Below are positions 1 through 11,243 of a stretch of 64,000 nucleotides of DNA, in pieces. The notes under the pieces were generated by a model that searched no databases, was not told where the DNA came from, and worked only from the letters and a program-made list of their open reading frames with translations. Origin of the DNA: Eimeria praecox (taxonomy: Eukaryota); NCBI GenBank assembly GCA_963920595.1, contig OY986948.1:3968001-4032000 (forward strand), in the 5' to 3' direction. Position numbers and translations under genes: made by a program. The number at the start of each line of letters is the position of its first letter. Position 1 is the stretch's first letter.

Positions 1-306
1 CTACCACTGTCAACGCCGTCGTCTGCCTTACCAACCCAGATGCACTGGTAGACGAAGAAGCTCCATTCAGGTGGGCGGCCAGCCAGATTGTGCACGGCAG
101 CCACGCAGAACCGTATCCCGCCCAGCCTATCAAGCAGAAACTTCTCTCCACGTTTGCTCTTGTATATTTGCGTTCAACTGCTGCGTTTCAGTCAGAGCGT
201 ATGGGATAAGATTGCGGCGGCAGTATCGAATGGTGTTTCACCAGCCGGGCCTACTAGCTTGGTGGCACTTGCCGCAGTGGCTTTATCTGCCTCCGTTCTC
301 CTTTAA
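1..306 (+). CDS. 3' end of an Eimeria-type SAG GPI-anchored surface antigen (5'-truncated by the window edge); exons <1-70 and 192-306
   Basis: Splicing AG|GT at 70/71 to TTTCAG| at 191 gives TTVNAVVCLTNPDALVDEEAPFSQSVWDKIAAAVSNGVSPAGPTSLVALAAVALSASVLL*. This fits the C-terminal 'CLTxPxAL...APFxxxxWxKI' pattern of Eimeria SAGs, followed by a small-residue omega region and a hydrophobic GPI signal. Confidence 0.8.
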
Positions 307-1303
307 ACCATGGCACCTTCAAAAATTGTGTCAGGTGGTTAAGAGCTGCATCAAGAGCATCAAAAGGTGCACCTTCAGCTTCTCGAGCGTTGACGGCGTT
401 ATCCCTCACCCGTTCGTTTTGTGAACGGTGGAAATGGATGTCTCACTGAAGGAATTGCGTTTGAACCTCCTTAACAGGAGAGGCGAACATTTACGAACGA
501 GATGAAGGACCCTGAGGATCCTCATTTCGGCATATTCCTTAAGGTGCTGATGCTGACTTGCGCTGCTTCATCGTGTATGTTCTCTCACAATTGAAGCTTC
601 CAAGCAGCGACGCCCTTTTTAGCAAAATACTTTTCTCCTCAGCCAGTCATGGTCATTGGCTGAGAAAGAGCATGATTGTGAACAATTTGAACATGAGCTA
701 TGCGTTGTTCCAAGCTCACTAGTGTGAACGGGGCTCTGGCCTAGATTCACTAGTAATAAGCTTTTTATCTTGCTTTGCTAATATGCAGAAATGCATAGCT
801 CCGCTGCCCGCATGCACCACGCTTCCCAGGGGTGCTTCCGGGTATGCTTCCACAACACCACAGCTACTGGCCAGGCCTAGCTGAGGCCTAACTTTCTGCA
901 ACCGGCTTGAACCAAACGTTTCCACTGTTCCGCTGTTCGGGGCTAGAAAGGAAGGGCGCATACCACCATTCTAGAAAAAGCATACGTAGAATCCTGCTTA
1001 AAATTACGTTACGATTACATTACGTACGCTTTCAAAAAGGCATGGAGCTTTTAGTTTGAGACTGGTGATTACTAAGGAAGTGCAAATGGGAGAACGATGC
1101 TTGCTAAAACTGCCTGGAAAAACCTTGTTTGGGCAAAAACTTCCATGAGCAGCCTCAACAGAAGCCGTTGAAGGCCAGCATTCGGTATTTGTTTTGTTAA
1201 ATATTGGTGGAATTTCAAAAGTGGAATCTGGCTATCCTCGAAGGGCTCAGGAGGGAGGGCAGGTTTAGCACGTTAAATAGAGGTTCCTGTACTATCGGTT
1301 CAT

Positions 1304-1344
1304 GAAGTTTGCGAGGCTACCCTTCGGGCAGCCTCGCAAACTTC
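1304..1344. repeat. Inverted repeat/hairpin, 19-bp stem (1 mismatch), 3-nt loop
   Basis: gaagtttgcgaggctaccc-ttc-gggcagcctcgcaaacttc read directly from the sequence. Confidence 0.9.
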
Positions 1345-3821
1345 CCCTGAATGTGTACTTGTTACTATGCCATTGTTGAGTCGGGATTGCCCCTACCAGT
1401 TATGCTCAGCAGCTCGTTGATGCCCCCGGGGATCACTCACGCGTGCAACAACGCGCAGAGGTGGTACCGAGCGATATTGTGGCGTTTAATACACACAGAA
1501 AACTCTAATGGGTTACTGAGGATCTTCTGTGCCAATCAGTTACTCTAGAGCATCATCTACGCTCCCACCTCGGTTTACGGTTTACGACTGAGAGTGCATA
1601 AAGTCCCCAGCTTAGATTTGTAGAGCAGATGGTCCTTTGTCTACAGTTTGCAGTGTACCTAACCCTGCCAGGTAAATATGACGTTATGCTGCCCACAGGA
1701 CTCTATGCGTAATACTGCTATTCGTATCGCTACATGCTCGCAGGCTGGAAATTGAGGTCGAGGAAGTGTAACAACTGACAGTAGTTTAAACTGCAGTCTG
1801 TAGGCGTTGCACAAGCAGGAAACCGGCATTGGTTGTGAGTGGAGTGTTGGGTTGCCTTCCAACACTAGTTGCAGCAAGGGGCGGTGCAGGCGACGATAGA
1901 TCTGACCGTGCTCCTCCCAGGCCCCTAGCCGAGGCCTCGACGTATCTCTATAGCCAGAGCAGATCATGGTCAATCTTCATTATGCAAAGGGGAAGGCTAG
2001 GGCCTTGATAAGGGCTTTCTAAGAAGACTGCTACTTCTATTATTTATACTTTATTGTTGGTACTGCTGCCAAGGGTGGGTAAGCCTTGCTACCCGCATCT
2101 AAGTCGAACAACCACGCAGTATTATCAAGTGTAACGAGTGTCTTTGATCCTTGCTGACGACCTCCATGAGCTGCAGTTCAGTCAAAGACTTAAAGAAGGA
2201 GTTCTCAAGAAGCAGCTGACCTCCCAACCTCCTGGCCTCCTGGGGCTGCCTGAGGGCCTGGAGCTGGCAGAGGGACATGGACAAGCCTGTCGCGGGCTGC
2301 AACGCCCCATCCTGTAGCTACTGTTGCCGGGTAGCCCCACATGCAAGCCTAGGTAATGCCCTATCGCTGCATGCTCTAGCACTGTAGACTGTGTTATAGA
2401 CTGTCTTTAAACACTTACCTGGTCTTCCTTAGTGAACCTCCGAGCAAGTATGTTTACGAGCACCAACATCATGCATATCATAATGTACATACACACTGTG
2501 CTGCACCAGGTGAATCATGGTCTGTGAGATGTTAGTACTAGTATATCTTATTTTGCCGGGCGCTAATTTGAGTAGGCCAACCAGGCATATAACAACTGTC
2601 TACACTGTATTCTATAGGGACAGTGCATGCAGCGAAGTGATTTGCTGCTCAAGCACGTGTTGCTGCCTTGTAGCGCTCCTTGCAACAAGCTGCGTTGCAG
2701 CCACGCCTGCCCGTACTCCCACCAGCAACAAGCTTTTGGGCCGCTATGCCAAGGTGGACAGCAGGCGGTATTGGCGGTCTGCTGCTTTTTGCGCTTCTTA
2801 AGTCTTTGACTATTGTAACTCACTAGGGTTCTCGACCAAGATTGAAGACTTCCGTCGCAGCAGGGGCTGAAGCACCACGCAGGCATAGCCTCCGTTCGAC
2901 TGCGTGCACTAACATCGTAGACAATTGTTAAATACTTAAGTCCCTCTAGGTAGCCCGCTTGCGCATAAGTAGACATATGTCTACCAGCTTCACCCAGGGC
3001 ATTTGTTCGGTGTCTATACTAGGAAGGGGATGCGGCGTCTCCGATGTCTTGAAGCTCACCGACTACTTTTGAATCGTTTTTTCTTCTTGGGAACTACTGA
3101 AAAGGGAGGACACAGTATCCACGCGATTAAACCGACATGTGACCATCGTCCACAGTGTGTACTCCGCAGCGGTGGCTGCGTGCTCGTTAGCCCCCTCCCC
3201 CTGTAGTCGTCCATGTAGCGTATGAACGGAAACGGCAGCTGTCTTCAAGGGATATTTCCCTCAAAAGTGGAAGAATTGGAATACTGTGACGCTCAAAGGA
3301 GGTGGCCCTCTTCCCCGCTAGTGCTGTGCAGGTGTCGCTTGCCTTGTTCACTTTCCACAGCGAAGCCGTGCCAGGTCACCCGATGCGATGAGTGCTCTCT
3401 TCTTTGCACGTACAGGTTTCTCTATCACGTCCACTGGCTTTGCGGACGTAATCACAAATGGGATACAGTGAAACGTTTGCCCAGTGCGTCACACCTCTCT
3501 GAAACGCCGCCCACGGCTGCTCCTCTGCACTGGCTTGCTTCGGTGTGCTCACAGCGTCTGCAAGCCTTCCGTTGTGTGTTTTCTTCCACATGGCTTCCAT
3601 TTTGGCGTTCCTTACACCTCTCTGATCTCGCCATACGGGGGCAGCTGATTAGTGGCGGCGGCAAAGCGGATGTGCATCATCTACTTATCTTCTTGTCATT
3701 TTGTCCGTCGCATATACCTCGTAGTTTTCTTTAGTTTTGTTTAAACCTCCATCTTCTCTTTCCCATCTCCGTTTCCTTGCGTGGTGTCCGTCTTGAGGTT
3801 GTTAGCACGGAGCAGGCCGCA

Positions 3822-6800
3822 ATGTTGGGTTCTACGGCAGAGCCGGCTCACCCGGCAACCGCTGAAACAACGGGGCTGCAGAGCGCATCCAGCAGTCACC
3901 GCTCTAGGGACACTGAGACTGCAGCAACAAGCCTTCACATTTGCAGTGAACCTTGCACATTAGTTCGTCCTCAGGAGTCGCACGGCGTCGCTAATGACAC
4001 CATTGCGCCCGAGAGGACGGCCGTAGAAAAGATTCATCTCCTTCCTGTTTCTCGAGAGGCTCCAAAGGCCTGGGTCTTCGCATCCCTCACAGGTCTCATG
4101 AAGGAAGGAAAAACTGTTCGCCAGTATCTGTACCTGAAGGTTAGGAGACCAGCCAACGAGTCGAAGAACTCTAAAACTAAGACGGTTCAGGAGGAGCAAC
4201 GAAAGCAGCAGCAGCAGGGAGGGCACCAACAACAGGGGCAAGGACAACAACAGCAACAGCAACAGCAACGGCAACAGCAGCAACAAAGCGGGGGGCGGAG
4301 CATCAGCTCAGATGCATCAAACGACGAGTACACGTACATTGTCGTAGCTTGTCTTCCACATTCAGGTGTCATAACGTCCTCTACCGTCGTCTTCACCTCT
4401 GGCAGCCCTCTCCAGCCTTTGCGTCGAGTGCAGCTATTGGCCCTTATCCACCCAAACAGCGCTTACGCGCGCCGGGCAGGCGTGGCTTCTTACTCAGAAG
4501 CTCTGCATAGGGGGGTTGTGGGGGAGTTCAGTACCAGCGGCAACACTAACACCGACAGCCGCAGTGACCAGCGCAATGTGGGGATTTGCCGCTTGACAGG
4601 TGACGCCGCAGGAACCTCCGAAAGCAGCAGCAGCAGTGCCAGCAGTAGCAGAAGCGGGACGCATAACTCTGGAGGGGCCCCATTTGCAGCTGGCGACGCA
4701 GCGCACCGTCGTCGGCAGTTAGGCTCTCCTTTTGATTGGGGCACTGCCTACGGTACTGACGAGAGGCGGCGCAGGAGACAAAGGCCGCAAAGGGAGTACA
4801 ACAGAGCGGAAGAAGTCATTGCTGCTGTGCTCGACGACTCGGACCATGGGTCGGGATTGGGTGAAGACGAGTCGGGCGATGAAGATGAGATGGGCGGAGG
4901 TTTGCCCTTCCGCCTTGGCGATTCCCCGGAACCTGAGGAATCCGATAGGGCGTCTTTGTCTCGCGGCCAACAGCAACAAGGGCGGGAGGACGAGCATCAG
5001 GGTCAAGAGCAGGGACAGCGGTCGTTCCGTCATCAGCGGACATTGCAGCTGAATTTCAACTTTTCACCCTCATGCTCTGGTGGCCAAAATGTAGGTGGTC
5101 GTGGGTCTGAGTGCTCAGAGGCAAGACTTCACGGTAATGGGGCGTTCAGCTTGAGTGAAGAGGTCCTGTTTCATGATTTTGTGGCCCCGTACTTTCGAGC
5201 TCGAAGTGGCGGGGCGTCTCTGCCTCCCTCGCCTGGCACAGCAGCGGATGGCGGCAGCTGTCGAGACACCGCGGTGGTTGTGTTTCCCGGGAAAAAGCTG
5301 GTCATTAAAGATTTAACTTTTGTTGTTTGGGCAACAGACCCGGGCAACGGGCCAGGCTTCGTCTGGAAAGACACGGTGAGGCTGCAGGCACGCCATGCCT
5401 TCTTACACTTGAGTGTCTAGTGAACGTAGGCGCGTTTTGTTCGCTGTATTTATCTGCTGCGTTTCTCATGCCCCAAGCTACAGGAGCAGTACCTGTCGTG
5501 ATTTTTGTGTTCAGGCTATTTATATATCTGTGGATCCCTGGGGCGAGTACAGACGAGTTCACATTCTGCCTTTTGCCGATACATTGCCGACAACATATTC
5601 TTTCCGCCTCTTTGAGGATTATTTGCAGCCCTTTCTCAAGGAGCAGCCCTGGCGCCTGATTAGAAAGGGGGATATATTCACCTTCAGGTCTGAATAGCAC
5701 CAGCAAGGCCCATCATTCAGTGTCAACGGCATTCAGTAGAATTTGTTGCCATTTCCCTCTACCATGTGAGCACACACAAACTGTGCGCTCAGCTGTTATT
5801 GTTGAGACCGTTGCAGGGGCGTTGAATTTAAAGTCATCGCCACGGAACCCGCCACTGTGCCTGTTGCCCGGGTTGGGCCGGAGACAGTCGTCCACTTTGA
5901 CGGTATGCATACAGAGCTGCTCATTCACACATATAAATAAGTGCATTTACTTCACTGTGCGCAGGTGTTCTGTTTATATGTGTGTATCTTCCTTTTTTAT
6001 GCCTTTTTTATGCTTGGGAAGAATGCACATTTTGTGTGTAGCCAAGTGTGCATGCGCATCACTTTTTTTATTAAGCGGGTCTTGCCCTTCACTTGTGCTA
6101 CTGTGGCTTGCGTTTCAGGTTCTCTGAACCCTTCCCTCATCGATGTTTTACCTCCGGAGATTCTCTCTCGTGTACGCCGCCTGCCGGCACGGGTGCAGCC
6201 CTTCGCAATTGTGGCAGCAGCGCAGGTGCGCAGGGCTTCGTGAATCTGTGGTCCAGCTAGCCTAAGTTTAGAGACGGAGATCAGCCCATAGAGCGAAGCT
6301 AGTCTGGCCGCGTTGGCTTGGCTCCAAAGCAAATCGAGCTTCGGTTGGGGTTTTGACGGCATTGCACAATGGTTTGTGCCCTAACCTAGTGCGAGGCTTG
6401 CTTTAGGTTTGGGACTACGGTTTTTGGTCAGGGTTTCCTCTGTGGCTTAGGGCGCGAGTTTGTGCTGGGCTGATGGTTCAATGCGTGATGTTTTTGTTGA
6501 CAGAGGTGCCTCCGACAGTAAAGGAATGGTTAGGCGTTAGCAGCTTCTGAAATTGGATGCGTGCTCAGTTTTTGTGTATTGGGTCCTGTCTGTTCAGTCG
6601 TTGGACCCGCAATTGCTGCTGCGGGTGCTGCCTTCTGGAGGTATGAGGGGAGGCTCTAGGGGAATCGATGAGGGTTTGGAGGCAGCGGTGAAGAGGCAGC
6701 TGGTTGGGCCCTTTTGCTTTGCGGAATACCGACGGCTGTATAGTCACTTGTGCACGCGAAGCTCCCCAGAGGACACGCAGAAGGATTTGAAACAAGGTAC

Positions 6801-7185
6801 AAGGAAGGCTTCCGGTACAAGAAACGCTCCGGCGGTGGCTACACGGGAGGAAGCAGAGCAGAGTCAATCTTCAACATCTGCGCTTTCTGCAGAGGGCGCA
6901 ACAGGGGGAGGGGACCTGGAGGCACCCTGCTGCACCGTATGCACACTGCAGCTGCAAGACGGCACAGAGTCCGTAACACTGACTTGCGGCCACGCGTTCC
7001 ACTGGGAATGCGCAAGGGCATGGCTCCGCTGCAGTGCCACCTGTCCCAACTGCAGGGCCCAGGTGGTGCTGCCCTCAGGGCCGCCCCGAGAAGGCGGAGG
7101 CGCAAGCGACAGTGCCCAGACGCATGCTGGTAACACAGCCCTGGGGTTTGTGCGGAATGCCTGGACGGAGTTCTTTAGTACCTGA
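3822..7185 (+). CDS. RING-H2 E3 ubiquitin ligase-like protein (~835 aa) with three CDC48/p97 N-domain Nc-like repeats; exons 3822-5375, 5515-5687, 5817-5902, 6119-6225, 6598-7185
   Basis: All four introns are GT..AG with consistent phase. C-terminal CTVC-x14-CGHAFHWEC-x10-CPNC is a C3H2C3 RING. The spliced segment RRVHILPFADTL...LFEDYLQPFL...LIRKGDIFTFRGVEFKVIATEP...VGPETVVHFDG resembles p97 RIHVLPIDDT..LFEVYLKPYF..IRKGDIFLVR..VEFKVVETDP..VAPDTVIHCEG. Start taken as the first in-frame ATG. Confidence 0.85.
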
Positions 7186-8453
7186 AGTGCTCCATGCTGC
7201 AAAGACACTGCCTCACCCATCAGAATATGGGGTGTGGTGAGGCGAAGGGAAGATCAAACAGGTGAGGAGAGGGGCCGCTGCGATAGGGGGAAGACACTGC
7301 TCAGGCGTACACAGACAGCTGGAAGGCATCAGGCGGATAAACTTAACATCAGTCTGTCTGTCAAGGTGTCTCCTGTTGACAGAATGTCTTTTGGCCTGGG
7401 GAAGTGGCAGCATGCGACACCTGCACGCCTTGGAGTGGGGCATATTAAGATCCCAGCGGGGGTTTGTATGTCACATTTTTTTCGGTCATATTTACAGTTT
7501 TCAACGCTTGTCCCATAGGAGGCTTTTGTACGCGCCTGCTGGGCCTGAAGGAATTGTCTCTCGCTCAGCTATTCCCGGGGGTATGCACTTGTACACCCTA
7601 GTAAAGTGGAATGAATTGATGTGCACTTCACCTGTATTGTAGTTATTCCGCTTTTAAAGCCGGTTTCAACTAGGCAAGGGAGGGAGACTTCGACACCTGT
7701 GTGGGCCTATAGTAATTTCAGCGAGCTGACTTGTCTATGCAGTCTAGACGCGGGAGAGGCATTATCTGCTGTGCGCGGCATAAACGCACTGGACAGGCAT
7801 TTATGGCGTTGTACGTTCGCACTGTAATCTGGCTGACCTTATTCACAGTACAGGGATGGGCATGCGCAACGCGTAAAAAGCCTATAGTACTGTATGTTTC
7901 CTTCGAAACGTCAGGAAAAGCTAAAGCCCCAGTGGCCAGCCTCGGCCCCATAACGAACAAGCGCCAAGGGCATTTGGACTGCAGAAAATAAAAGTTTATT
8001 TGTCTGACGCGAGACGGGGAGCATTCCTATCGCTCCAGGCCGTGACAACAGCATGAACCAGACGGAAGCCTACAAACTTAGCAGCAAAGACGGGCGATCG
8101 AAATCAAATATCAATTGGACGGTTAAAGGCCTTGGGAGGGCTGTATGGGTACATGGATTTTTTCCGTCTCCCTGAGTATACTCCTAGCCTTCTTCGGGGG
8201 AGGTTAGATATTCGCAAGACGATGGTTTGGCGGCTTTGTTTCTGCTGCACGCTTTTTGAAAACACTTGAAAGGACACCCGCTTGCGACAACAACGGGCAG
8301 ATGCAGTAGGAGACTGGCCTGCCCTCTCATTCACCAATTTGTTTGTTCCCATGTCTGTTTCTTGTTTGCCGATATCTTGGTTTCCTTCCCTTGACGCTCC
8401 GTGAGGTGTTCATTGTGTTTGTGGGGAGGTGGGGCGAGGTCACGTGTGGGGAA

Positions 8454-9164
8454 CTAACGTGGAATCTTCTCCGCCATGAACTTTTCATGTTTCTGCTTGC
8501 TTTTAACCATCCAGCAACAAAGAAGAAGCAAGACAAAGAAGATGAAGGCACAAACCATAAGCAGCACCAGCAGAGGGCCATGGAAAGTGGCAGGAGAATC
8601 GAAGTCCAGCCCAACGGTGGTGCCTACAACCTGGCGAGGCATGTACACTGGCATACCCGTATGCGCCAACGCTGGGTTCTGCATCATCCCCCCTATCTGC
8701 CCCCAGTTCAAAAACGAATAAGGCGCCGATTCAGCAGTCATAGACCCCCCATACATACCCAAATCGCTTTGGACTGGAACCCTCACAGCTCCCCCTCCTT
8801 CTGCCTCCCCTACAAGAATGGCTCCCAGGTTATTTGAATTGGTCAGAAGCCTAGCAGATGGAACTTCTGCAGCTGTTGTTTCTGCCCCATCGAGCTGCAG
8901 CATCACTAAGGACTTCGTAATTGAGTTTTGGGGAGAGGAGAGTGAGGGTTCTGCCTCGGCTTCCAGCACCTTCTGACGGGCTAACTGAGCAACCTGATGC
9001 CTCATCAGGCTGAAGGCTTCAGCCTGCAGGTCTTCAGTTGGGGTGGAGTGCAGTTGAGCGCCATCTGGCCACTCAAGCTGGTCCCCTCCCAAGTGTCGAA
9101 CGCAGGAAGCAAGCCGCACGAAGCATGTAAGCGCTAGAGCTATCACAACGCTCCCTTTGACCAT
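8454..9164 (-). CDS. Hypothetical single-exon type I membrane protein (~236 aa)
   Basis: MVKGSVVIALALTCFVRLASC looks like a signal peptide. The C-terminal hydrophobic stretch LLVLLMVCAFIFFVLLLLCCWMV is followed by a basic tail KSKQKHEK. The ORF stays open upstream to an ATG at 9491, so the start is uncertain. Confidence 0.6.
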   Translation of the reverse strand: MVKGSVVIALALTCFVRLASCVRHLGGDQLEWPDGAQLHSTPTEDLQAEAFSLMRHQVAQLARQKVLEAEAEPSLSSPQNSITKSLVMLQLDGAETTAAEVPSARLLTNSNNLGAILVGEAEGGGAVRVPVQSDLGMYGGSMTAESAPYSFLNWGQIGGMMQNPALAHTGMPVYMPRQVVGTTVGLDFDSPATFHGPLLVLLMVCAFIFFVLLLLCCWMVKSKQKHEKFMAEKIPR

Positions 9165-11243
9165 TCCATTTGGCTTTACCGTGAGAGAGCAAACCGGTGG
9201 GCTTGATCTTCGGAAAAGCACTTCCGTTTGCGTTGCTGCAGCTGCCGGCAGGCAATGGCGGGGCCCAGCAACTGCAAAATGCCTTTTCTTGTAAGGCCCT
9301 TTGGGCGAAGCACAAGTTCCGTCGAAGCCTCTGCACACCTCTTCAGTTGTACCAGCAGCATGCTGCTGCCCCAGGTGTCCCGCCGCACGCGTTGAGGGTA
9401 CTTTATTGCCTATCTCCGGTAGGCCATACAGATCCTTAAGATGTACGCAAGGAGATACTAAAAAAGGTGACGACCCGTAGTCGGCCGCCATGACGACGCC
9501 AGTGAACGGGTTCCTGCTGGACGCAGGGGAGATGTCTGTGCTGTTTTACTTTTCCTGTACTGTTTTGCAGACTGGAGCTCCTAGCGGCGGGCCGCGACAA
9601 AGGGCCTCCGATGAGGAGTCCTGGCTACTATAAAACTCCCCTTTAATGCATCATCTGCTGAATATATTCAGCTGATTTACTTTTAGCTGCAATATCACTG
9701 CAGATGGAGTGTAGCAAAGATCACACGCGATGAAGGCGGCGTGTCGGGAAGCCCGACAAGATAGCAGTCCAGAAAAATGCCCGTGATGGGTTTATATAAA
9801 TCCCCCAAGCTATTGAACAGAAGAATTATGATGAATACAATCCCTCTGTTCCAGACAAAACAGAGTCTTACATGTGCCCCAGAATCATATCAGAGTCGCC
9901 ACGGCCTGGAGCCCGAGCTCAGCAGGGAGGGAGCAGTGCAAATGTTTCAACGGCTTTTCTCCGCTGAACTAATCGATAATTTCTGAGCCTTCCAAACCCT
10001 CACTAGAACTGTGTAAAATAAGAATTCATGCTGAATTCAGATAGGCCACATAGACGGGATTTTCTCACTTAGAGCGGCACGCTGGCTGGGCCCAGCGCTG
10101 GGTAACAAAAACCACTGGTCCATTCACGGTGAGCTTCTCAGCCGATGCAAAATTTTCACTGGAGCTCGCCACCACTGCCAATATAGGACTTTAAGACTTA
10201 CAGCTTTACTCTTTTTAAAATTTCGACCACACCTCTGCTACGCGTGGTGATTTCAACAGCTGCAAAAGCATATCCTGCTTCCAAGACCACGACGGGAACT
10301 AAGGTATATTCCACGTGTTTGCATGAGCTTGAATTCCGTCCGGCCCGAAGAAGCTCTATAGTTTTATCCTCATAGTATTATTGTGACTAAAACAGGTCCA
10401 GAAAAGGACACCAGTCACACCACGTTCTGATAGGCACCAGCGTAGCATCGTCGAGTGAGAAATGAGAACGCACCCTCAGGACTAAGACAGTAAATCAAAG
10501 GAATGCCTATCCAACAGCGACTTATTGGCAAATCTCTGAGCTCAAGCCTGCCACCCATACTTTGCACTCTTCGCCGAGCAGAGCCGTCACCTGTTGCTGG
10601 TCCAATGACTTTAATAGTACGTGAGCAACGTGTTTGCCCTCCACATACGCATTTTGTTCCCTCATTCCCAGCCCTAGTCACTACAAAGGTGTACAAAGCG
10701 CAACGGCTAAGTAGCCTCTGCGCCACGTACCGAAATTCTTTGTTCAAGATAAATAATACTAACTTCCACCCACATCGAAAATACCGATGAGGTGATGATG
10801 GCAAGCGGCTAAACATTGTAAACAGGCAAGACAAGCCTTCTCCCTGTCCCTACACAAGGGGAAAGGGAGAAACCTGGCAAGTGACACTACTGCGCTATTG
10901 CTAGTTACTTTCTAGGCTTCCCACACACCACCTCAGGTGCACCTAGACTGTTCGGCTGACTTCTCGAGCGGCGTATATAAACTACGCGAAATGCACAATC
11001 AACGCTATAAAAAGCATTAGGCGTTTAATTGGAGCGCAAACAGTGTCCACAAAAACAAACAAGGTTACAGCAAAACACAAACGATAATCCTAAGCACTAT
11101 GCATGGATTGGATTTACAAAAGATCAAGCAAAACTGGTGCGCGTAACGCTTCGCAGTGGTCTCCTGCCCACAAACAGGAGGAACCGAACATCAAACTAAA
11201 CTTCAAAATTTCAATCTACCTTCTGTGCCAAAAATAACCTTTC

